DNA of 64,000 bases from assembly GCA_963675785.1 (NCBI GenBank), contig OY776562.1, forward strand, positions 2,144,001 through 2,208,000, written 5' to 3'. Positions 56,938 through 64,000 of this stretch are shown here, piece by piece. The position numbers were made by a program, and so were the translations under genes. A model generated the notes under the pieces. That model did no database searches, was not told the origin of the DNA, and saw only the letters and a list, made by a program, of their open reading frames with translations. The stretch's first letter is position 1; each line of letters begins with the position of its first letter. The DNA is from Anaerolineae bacterium (lineage in GTDB: Bacteria; Chloroflexota; Anaerolineae; UBA1429).

Positions 56938-59487
56938 ATGATCAATCTATTCGATCTCTTGCCCCATTGTAGCGGTGTCGTCGCTGGTAGCACCTATGCC
57001 ACCACGTATGACGGCTTTGCCTATGACTCGCGTAACGTCCTCCCAGGCCAACTCTTTGTGGCTGTGGTGAGTGAAACAGGTGACGGACATCGCTACATCC
57101 ACGAGGCCTGCCATGCGGGCGCTACGGGAGTGCTCTGCCAACAAGCCCCAGAGCCGCTGCCGGAAGGCACCACTATCATCATTGTGCCCGACACTCGCCA
57201 GGCCCTCAAAGATTATGCCCGCTACGTATATTGTGCGTCCCAACGCATCGTCATCGGCGTAGCTGGTACCCTGGGCAAAACCAGTACCAAAGAAGCCATC
57301 GCCAGCGTGCTGAGCAATTGCGACAATGATAGAACTGTCTTCCGTTCGCCTGGCAACCAGAGCGGGCGCTACGGGTTGGCCATCGCCTCGGGGCAAATCG
57401 AATCCAGCCACAAGACACTGGTGCTGGAGCTGGCCGTCGATGCCGTGGGCGAAGCCGCCGAATTGGCCGATATGACTGCTCCCTCGGTGCTAGTGCTCAC
57501 CAATCTGGATGCGGCCTATCTAGAATCCTTTGGCAGCATTGAAGGTGCCTCCCGCGAGTTAGCCAGCCTCATTGCCATGTTGCCTGCTGACGGTACGCTC
57601 ATCTACAACGCCGATGATGAACGGCTTATCGCCCTGGCTGCCGTGGCTCCCTGTATCACGCTACGCTACGGACATGCGCCAGAATGCGACCTGCGTATTG
57701 GCGAGACCAAAGCAGGCTTGGACGGCACTACCGTTAGCCTGATCGATAAACAGGGCGAATATCGTCTGTATTTGCCCTATGTGGGGCGTCACCATGCAGA
57801 TACTGCCGCCGCAGCTGCCCTCGTGGGCCATCTGTTCAACAAGAGTTGGAAACAAATCACCCAGGGGTTGGCCTGCCTGAAGCCACTGCCTGGACGAACC
57901 CGTGTCCTTGCCGGGCGTAACGGTGCTACTCTGCTCGACGATTCCTTTAGTGCCACACCGGGTTGCCAAAGCGCCGCTCTCGATACCCTCAACGACCTGC
58001 ATCCCACCCGCCGTATTCTGGTGCTGGGCGACATGAGCCATCTCGGTGAGGATGAATACGCTTACCACACCAGCGTTGGTAGGCTTTGTGCCGGTCGCGT
58101 GGATTTGCTGTTCACCCTGGGTGATTTGGCACACCATGCCGGGCAAGCAGCCGTCAACGCCGGTCTGTCCACGCAGAATCTCTATCCTACCTTCACCGCT
58201 GAGGACTTGGTCCGTAAGCTGCTGCCCTTGCTGCAACCAGGCGATATGGTGCTGCTCAAAGGCAGCGCCCGTATGCGTTTGGAGCATGTCACTGAAAGGC
58301 TGCTAGCTGATCCTCTCGCCGATGCCCCCCAACTGCCCCGACAAAGCCAGGGCTGGGCCCAGGTTCGCCTGGGCACTCCAGATCGCCCCGCCTGGGTCGA
58401 GGTCGATTTAGAGGCCATCGCTGAGAACGTACGCATCCTCACCGCCCCCTTGCCTGCTAACGTGGAACGGTTGATGGTGCTCAAAGCCAATGGCTATGGC
58501 CATGGCGCCGTACGTGTGGCCCAAACAGCGCTGAATAACGGCGGCACCTGGCTGGGCGTGGCCTGCGTAGGTGAGGCCATCACCCTACGCCAGGCCGGCA
58601 TCACTGCCCCCATCCTGGTGTTGGGCTATATCCCTGCCTGGCAAGCCCGACAAGCCGTGCTATATGACGCAACCGCCGCCATCTATTCGGACTCGGTTGC
58701 CGAGGCCATGTCCCATGCAGCCAGAGACCTGGGCCGAACCGCCAAGGTACACATCAAAGTGGATACCGGCATGGGGCGCCTGGGCCTGCTGCCAGAAGAT
58801 GTACTTGCTTTTGTAGAACGCATCAGTAGTCTGCCAGCGCTGCAAATCGAGGGCATCTTTAGCCATTTTGCCAACGCCGATGCCGACGACCTGAGTTTTA
58901 CCTACGAGCAATTGGCCCAATTCCACGACGTCATCAAAGCGCTGGAACAGCACGGCCTACGCCCGCCGCTGGTGCATATCGCCAACAGCGCCGCCATCCT
59001 GCGCGTGCCCGAGAGCATCTATGACATGGTGCGGTTGGGCATTGCCATGTACGGCTTACCCCCCTCCAATGAAGTGACCTTGCCCGCCGGCGTTCGCCCA
59101 GCCCTCAGTTTCAAATGCCAGGTGGCCCAGGTCAAACCGTTGGCAAAAGGCCGCCCGGTAGGTTATGGCTGCACCTGGATGGCACAGCGCCCTTCGCGCA
59201 TCGCCGTCATCCCCGTGGGCTATGCCGATGGCTTTAGGCGAGGGCCTCATAACTGGGGCGAGGTACTCATTCGCGGGCAGCGCGCCCCTATCATCGGGCG
59301 AGTGTGCATGGACCAGAGCATGGTGGATGTCACCGACATTCCCGGCGTTACCGAGGGCGATCAGGTAGTGCTCATCGGCCGTCAGGGCAGTGATGAAATC
59401 ACGGCGCAAGAGGTGGCCGACAAATTGGGCACCATCCATTACGAGGTTGTCTCCGAGATCCTCTCCCGCGTGCCGCGCATCGTCTAG
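56938..59487 (+). CDS. alr: MurF-like/alanine racemase fusion protein
   Basis: N-terminal DSR..GQLFVA..DGH, GKTSTKE, VLGDM, LLKGS; C-terminal VLKANGYGHG, KVDTGMGRLG, GYADG, GRVCMD. Confidence 0.92.
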   Translation: MINLFDLLPHCSGVVAGSTYATTYDGFAYDSRNVLPGQLFVAVVSETGDGHRYIHEACHAGATGVLCQQAPEPLPEGTTIIIVPDTRQALKDYARYVYCASQRIVIGVAGTLGKTSTKEAIASVLSNCDNDRTVFRSPGNQSGRYGLAIASGQIESSHKTLVLELAVDAVGEAAELADMTAPSVLVLTNLDAAYLESFGSIEGASRELASLIAMLPADGTLIYNADDERLIALAAVAPCITLRYGHAPECDLRIGETKAGLDGTTVSLIDKQGEYRLYLPYVGRHHADTAAAAALVGHLFNKSWKQITQGLACLKPLPGRTRVLAGRNGATLLDDSFSATPGCQSAALDTLNDLHPTRRILVLGDMSHLGEDEYAYHTSVGRLCAGRVDLLFTLGDLAHHAGQAAVNAGLSTQNLYPTFTAEDLVRKLLPLLQPGDMVLLKGSARMRLEHVTERLLADPLADAPQLPRQSQGWAQVRLGTPDRPAWVEVDLEAIAENVRILTAPLPANVERLMVLKANGYGHGAVRVAQTALNNGGTWLGVACVGEAITLRQAGITAPILVLGYIPAWQARQAVLYDATAAIYSDSVAEAMSHAARDLGRTAKVHIKVDTGMGRLGLLPEDVLAFVERISSLPALQIEGIFSHFANADADDLSFTYEQLAQFHDVIKALEQHGLRPPLVHIANSAAILRVPESIYDMVRLGIAMYGLPPSNEVTLPAGVRPALSFKCQVAQVKPLAKGRPVGYGCTWMAQRPSRIAVIPVGYADGFRRGPHNWGEVLIRGQRAPIIGRVCMDQSMVDVTDIPGVTEGDQVVLIGRQGSDEITAQEVADKLGTIHYEVVSEILSRVPRIV

Positions 59488-59490
59488 TAT

Positions 59491-59519
59491 TTGAAAAAGT
59501 AGAACATTTGTGCTAATCT
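59491..59519 (+). promoter_or_regulatory. Promoter with embedded putative LexA (Cheo-type) box
   Basis: TTGAAA-17-TAATCT; the spacer and -10 edge contain TAGAAC-ATTT-GTGCTA, one mismatch to GAAC-N4-GTTC. Confidence 0.6.
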
Positions 59520-59544
59520 TGTCACAGAGACCTGGAGGGAAACT

Positions 59545-60675
59545 GTGGACAAGAGAGAGCGTATCGAATTTTTGGCCGATGCCGCACAGGATGATGTCGA
59601 GCTGCCCGATCTCACCCCTTTTATCTCCACCGTGAGCGGCTGCGGCGGCAACAACAAGCAGCTCAAGATACTGCAAACCAGTGTCTGTAACCGCGACTGC
59701 GCCTATTGCGCCAATCGCGCCGGTCGCGATACCGCACGTGCCACCCTAAGCCCTGACGAACTCGCCCGTGCCTATGACGATATGTACAGTCGCAAGCTGG
59801 TCGATGGTCTATTCGTCAGTTCGGGCATTGCCGGTAACGCCGACGAATGCCAGGCTCGCATGATCGCCACCGTCGAATTATTGCGCAAACGCTATGCCTA
59901 CAAGGGCTTTGTGCATATGAAGATATTGCCAGAGGCCAGTGATGCCGCCATCGAGCGCACCGTGGCCCTGGCTGACCGAGTGTCCGTCAATATCGAGGCC
60001 CCCACCATCTCCTGCCTACAGGCTTTGAGCAGCAGCAAGGTGCTGCCACACCTGGTAGGAGAGCTGCGAACGGCACACCGTCTGCGCCTCAACGCCGATC
60101 ACTATGTCAGCATGACGACCCAAATGGTGGTGGGCGCCGGCACTGAGACGGATCAGCTCGTTCTAGGTGCTGCTGAGCCCCTCTACAAGAGCCTCAAACT
60201 GTCGAGGGTCTACTATTCCGGCTTTCACCCTATCCTGAACACACCCCTAGACAATCATCCGCGCGAATCCGAAAAGCGCATCGTGCGCCTGTATCAAGCA
60301 GATCGCCTGATGAAGCTGTACGATTTCAAGCCAAATGAGCTGATCTACGGCGAAACCGGGATGCTGCCCGTCGGTATAGATCCCAAGGTGGCCTGGGCCA
60401 AGGCTCACCCCGAGCTATATCCTGTCGAGATCAACATGGCAAGCCGTTCGCTGCTGCTGCGCGTGCCCGGCATTGGCCCGGTGTGTGCAGAGCGCATTCT
60501 CAAAGCCCGTAGGCAAGGCAAGATCAAGTACCTTTCGCAGCTCAAAACATTGGGAGTGCGTACCAGTCATGCCCAAGAGTACATTACGATAGACGGACGT
60601 AGAGCGCTGGTTCAACTATCCTTCTTGGGGTGGGAATCAAGCATAGAAGCAGGGAGAATCGAATCTCGACCATAG
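59545..60675 (+). CDS. Putative DNA modification/repair radical SAM protein with HhH (TIGR03916-like)
   Basis: LKILQTSVCNRDCAYC, GLFVSSG, RVSVNIE, RVYYS, RLYQAD, PVEIN..LLRVPGIG; GGAGG RBS. Confidence 0.88.
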   Translation: MDKRERIEFLADAAQDDVELPDLTPFISTVSGCGGNNKQLKILQTSVCNRDCAYCANRAGRDTARATLSPDELARAYDDMYSRKLVDGLFVSSGIAGNADECQARMIATVELLRKRYAYKGFVHMKILPEASDAAIERTVALADRVSVNIEAPTISCLQALSSSKVLPHLVGELRTAHRLRLNADHYVSMTTQMVVGAGTETDQLVLGAAEPLYKSLKLSRVYYSGFHPILNTPLDNHPRESEKRIVRLYQADRLMKLYDFKPNELIYGETGMLPVGIDPKVAWAKAHPELYPVEINMASRSLLLRVPGIGPVCAERILKARRQGKIKYLSQLKTLGVRTSHAQEYITIDGRRALVQLSFLGWESSIEAGRIESRP

Positions 60676-61805
60676 CGGTCGCGAATCTCATCAAGAGCCT
60701 GATTGAGGCGTGCCTGACGCTGGTCGGTGTTTCCAAAGAGCTGAAGCTGGTATCCCGCACCCTCTAGCAAACCAGAAACACCCACACCCAACAGACGCAC
60801 GGCTCGCTTGCGGTCCCAGTGCCTCCACAGCAAGCTAGCTGCCTGCTCACAGACGATCTGATGTTGGTCGGTTGGTTGTTTGAGGCGAATCTGCCGTGTG
60901 ATGGTTTCAAAGTCAAAATAGCGCAGTTTGATGCGCACCACCTGGGCCATGCGCTGCTGCTTACGCAGACTGGTGCCCAAATACTCGCACATACTCAGCA
61001 GTTCATGCTCCAGAATGCCAGGATCGGTAATATCCTGGGCAAAAGTGCGTTCGTGGCTGATGCCCTGACGTTCGCTCGTACCCATCACCGGACGAGAATC
61101 CAGACCTCGGGCGGCGTTGTATAAAAAATCGCCCTGCTTGCCCATCACGCGATCCAGCATCTCTCGAGACCAAGCCGCCAAATCGCCAATGGTCTCCACG
61201 CCCATAGAGCGCAACCGCTCCCCGCCGACATGCCCCACGCCCCAGAGTTTTTCGATGTCCAGAGGCGCCAAGAAGGTCTGTTCATGTCCGGGTTCCACAA
61301 CGGTGATGCCATGGGGTTTTCGGAATTCGCAAGCCACCTTGGCCATCATCTTGCTGCTGGCCACACCCAACGATAGGGAGAGATGCGTCTCTTCGTCCAC
61401 CTGGCGTTGTATACGCAGAGCCATTTCGTAAGGTGCCCCAAAGAGATGCTCACTGCCGGTCATATCCAGAAAAGCCTCGTCGATGGAGATTTGCTCGAAA
61501 TCGGGGGTATAGCTGCGCAGAATGTCCATGACTCGCCGAGAATAGTCCGAATAGATATGGTGGGAGGACCAGACCACTATCGCTTGGGGGCACAGGCGAA
61601 TAGCCTGAGCCGTGGGCATGGCCGAACGCACGCCAAAACGTCGCGCCTCGTACGAAGCCGACGACACCACGCCGCGGCCACTAGCACTGCCGCCCACAAT
61701 CACCGGCTTGCCAACCAGCTCCGGATGAATGAGTTGCTCCACCGAAGCGAAAAAGGCGTCCAAATCAGCATGGATGATCAGCCGATCCCATGGGGCATTG
61801 TTCAT
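60612..61805 (-). CDS. dinB: DNA polymerase IV
   Basis: HADLDAFFASVEQ, SYEARRFG, SIDEAFLD, KPHG, QLQLF. Confidence 0.97.
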   Translation of the reverse strand: MNNAPWDRLIIHADLDAFFASVEQLIHPELVGKPVIVGGSASGRGVVSSASYEARRFGVRSAMPTAQAIRLCPQAIVVWSSHHIYSDYSRRVMDILRSYTPDFEQISIDEAFLDMTGSEHLFGAPYEMALRIQRQVDEETHLSLSLGVASSKMMAKVACEFRKPHGITVVEPGHEQTFLAPLDIEKLWGVGHVGGERLRSMGVETIGDLAAWSREMLDRVMGKQGDFLYNAARGLDSRPVMGTSERQGISHERTFAQDITDPGILEHELLSMCEYLGTSLRKQQRMAQVVRIKLRYFDFETITRQIRLKQPTDQHQIVCEQAASLLWRHWDRKRAVRLLGVGVSGLLEGAGYQLQLFGNTDQRQARLNQALDEIRDRYGRDSILPASMLDSHPKKDS

Positions 61806-61823
61806 CTCTCTCCTGTCGGTCTG

Positions 61824-63101
61824 CTAAACAGAAGGAGCTTGCTTGATGTCGATTTGCACATCGACATCAAGGCGTTCGAACCAGGCATCTGGCGGCAGCC
61901 CAGCTTCCTGGCCCATTACCACCTTGGTGACGGTAAAGGTAACGACGGTAGAAAGCCGCTCTAGCGTGATCGTCGTTCCCTCTTGAGCCGCAACGAGCTC
62001 TCCGCGCGACTCTAGCAAGACGCGCATGTCGGTATCGTACATAGCCCATTCACTGCACAGTAGCTGCGAGACAGTCTGGACATCACTACGGTCGAATACC
62101 CAGACCTCAAAAGCCACGACATGCTGCAGAGAGGTACTAGCCAGAACCTCGGCCACGTTCACGCCACACTCGCCCAGAAAAGTCCCCTCGACCCCTTCGA
62201 TGTTAAAAGAGACGGCATAATCATCATCGCCCAGGGCATAATGGGCCGTCTCACGTTGAGGAGGCTGCTCCGACTCTGCCACATCTTCCTCACCCGCATA
62301 GCCGTTCATAATGGTGAGAATCTCGTCGAGCGCTGAAGAATCTTTGACCTCACTGTTCGGTACAGGCTGTACCTCAATCTCGCTGAGGACAGGTTGCTCG
62401 TCTGCGGCCGGCACATCCTCATTCACCACAGGCTCTGCAAACATGGCCGAGGCTTTATCGATAAGGGATTCGCCCTCAGCCGGCTCATCAGTAGGCAGTG
62501 CGATAACAGGTGTGGCCTCAGAAGAGGACTTCTCCCTTTTAGATAAGGGTCTCTTGGAGACGGGGGCGACGTCGGAAGGTGTTGTCACCTCTGCCGCCAC
62601 AAGACGTTCCTTTTTCTGGCGGGGCCAGATCAGCACAATCCCTACAAGGCCAAGCAAAGCTGCTCCGCCGAGAATCAGCAGCAGCGTTTGATTATCCGCC
62701 TCGGAGGGGTGTTCGTAAATCTCGACAGCCGTCGAGTCCCAGCCAATAGCCTCGCTAAGGGCATCGACCCGCTCCGCGCTGGACACCCGACCCTGCGAGG
62801 CTTCATATTGGGCAGCAAAAGCCCCCAGGTTGGCTACCTGATTCCAACTCGTATCTTCGTCTGTCAGCTCAAACAAACGTAATTGGGCTGTTTCAAGATC
62901 GTTGGTTATCGCATAGGAATCGGCCGCCAGCACCACATAATCCAGTTGGCCCTCCAGTGTAAGATCAGAAGGGGCGGCATTGAACCAATACACCGGCCAC
63001 ACGTCCCAGCCCAAATAAAGGCCGATGGCGCTGCCCAACACAAGGGCGCACAACAGCAGCAATATGATGCGCCAGAATCCTCCCGCGCGTTTATCTGCCA
63101 T
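61824..63101 (-). CDS. Conserved-looking hypothetical membrane protein (two TM segments, acidic linker, C-terminal beta domain)
   Basis: GGAGG RBS; GWDVWPV..AAPSDL..DYV..AADSY; C-terminal FLGECGV...AFEVWVFD. Confidence 0.75.
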   Translation of the reverse strand: MADKRAGGFWRIILLLLCALVLGSAIGLYLGWDVWPVYWFNAAPSDLTLEGQLDYVVLAADSYAITNDLETAQLRLFELTDEDTSWNQVANLGAFAAQYEASQGRVSSAERVDALSEAIGWDSTAVEIYEHPSEADNQTLLLILGGAALLGLVGIVLIWPRQKKERLVAAEVTTPSDVAPVSKRPLSKREKSSSEATPVIALPTDEPAEGESLIDKASAMFAEPVVNEDVPAADEQPVLSEIEVQPVPNSEVKDSSALDEILTIMNGYAGEEDVAESEQPPQRETAHYALGDDDYAVSFNIEGVEGTFLGECGVNVAEVLASTSLQHVVAFEVWVFDRSDVQTVSQLLCSEWAMYDTDMRVLLESRGELVAAQEGTTITLERLSTVVTFTVTKVVMGQEAGLPPDAWFERLDVDVQIDIKQAPSV

Positions 63102-63122
63102 CGTGCGCCCTCCTGTTTTTCT

Positions 63123-64000
63123 CTAGCGAGAAGGAACGGGGATCGCCATCAGCTTGATGGCCTTGGTGAGCACCGTGCTCTCACCTTCTCCCACAATAAT
63201 GATATCCTCGAGGCGAATGCCGCCCCATCCCGGAATATAAATACCGGGCTCAACCGTCAAAGCTGCGCCAGCGTTGATCGGCCCTTGGTACATCATTGAG
63301 GCCCGAGGTTCTTCGTGAATCTCTAGCCCTACACAGTGGCCCAAACCGTGGCCAAACTGCCCCTCGTAACCCGCCGAATAGATGATGTCGCGGGCGATGG
63401 CGTCGGCTTCCCGGCCACTCATGCCAGCCACAATGCCCTTTTCGCAGGCCAACTGAGCCTCTAGCACCTTGTTCCATACCTTGGCATATTCCTCGGTGGC
63501 CTCGCCAATGATGAACGAACGCGTCAGGTCAGAACAATAGCCATCGACCACACAGCCCATATCGATGACCACAGGATCACCGACGTCCATGGGGCGGTCC
63601 GTGGGCACGGCGTGCGGTAGCGAGCTGCGCGGACCAGCCGCCACGATGGTGCTAAAAGAAAGGGCCGAAGCGCCGTGGGTGCGCTGATAGACTTCGATGC
63701 GCCAGGCCACTTCGAGTTCGGTCATGCCCGGGCGAATCCAGGTGAACACGTCCTCGATGGCCGCATCGGTAATGGCCACGGCCTTTTTGATGGCCTCGAT
63801 TTCTTGCTCATCCTTAACCGCTCGCAGCCCTTCGACGATTCCGTCAGTGGCCACCCACTCTACATCGGGCAGAGCTGCTTTGTACTGTTCCAGCCCCTTG
63901 ACGGTAACCACATGGCTCTCATAGCCCACACGCTTGGCACCTAGGCTCTGCAAACATTCGGCTACAGCCTTGAGCGGCGACAGGGTGATGCGATAGAGCT
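63123..64000 (-). CDS. Xaa-Pro aminopeptidase (M24B), 5'-truncated by window edge
   Basis: LRAVKDEQE, PH, IDMG..GYCSDLTR, HGLGH..GLEIHE, TVEPGIY, GIRLED. Confidence 0.95.
   Translation of the reverse strand, partial: LYRITLSPLKAVAECLQSLGAKRVGYESHVVTVKGLEQYKAALPDVEWVATDGIVEGLRAVKDEQEIEAIKKAVAITDAAIEDVFTWIRPGMTELEVAWRIEVYQRTHGASALSFSTIVAAGPRSSLPHAVPTDRPMDVGDPVVIDMGCVVDGYCSDLTRSFIIGEATEEYAKVWNKVLEAQLACEKGIVAGMSGREADAIARDIIYSAGYEGQFGHGLGHCVGLEIHEEPRASMMYQGPINAGAALTVEPGIYIPGWGGIRLEDIIIVGEGESTVLTKAIKLMAIPVPSR

Noticed and set aside
1-64000. CRISPR arrays, IS elements, prophage, rRNA, canonical defence systems
   Set aside because: No repeat-spacer arrays, transposase, phage or defence motifs were recognised

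Overview
A 64 kb bacterial chromosomal segment, mostly core genes, most consistent with Chloroflexota (Anaerolineae-like). The assignment is an inference from the fused GlyQS, an RpoD region-3 insertion, a CpXC protein, a Big_5-type A2M/PBP1C pair and an LPLI motif in a secreted protein. Core content: ffh-rpsP-khpA-rimM, dprA, manC, cinA, dnaG-rpoD, ppdK, recO, deoC, cdd, glmU, rsmA, hemW, ssb, a MurF-like/Alr fusion and dinB. RNA genes are three tRNAs (Asn-GTT, Gln-TTG, Ser-GGA) and a large Alu-type SRP RNA. Accessory parts are a SigV/RsiV-like pair, a MarR-controlled heterodimeric ABC exporter, a large secreted glycoside hydrolase abutting dnaG, an AT-richer islet between the SRP RNA and tRNA-Ser, and a fni-GGPPS-pbpC-A2M-PHP-CpXC run. 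I saw no CRISPR array, integrase or transposase. The best leads are: an SOS-boxed radical SAM/HhH gene whose beta-clamp-like motif is encoded antisense to the end of dinB; a GH catalytic barrel apparently inserted inside a DUF11 Ig fold; and several degenerate enzyme domains (MurF, CinA/PncC, MBL). All calls come from reading motifs by eye, with no database searches.
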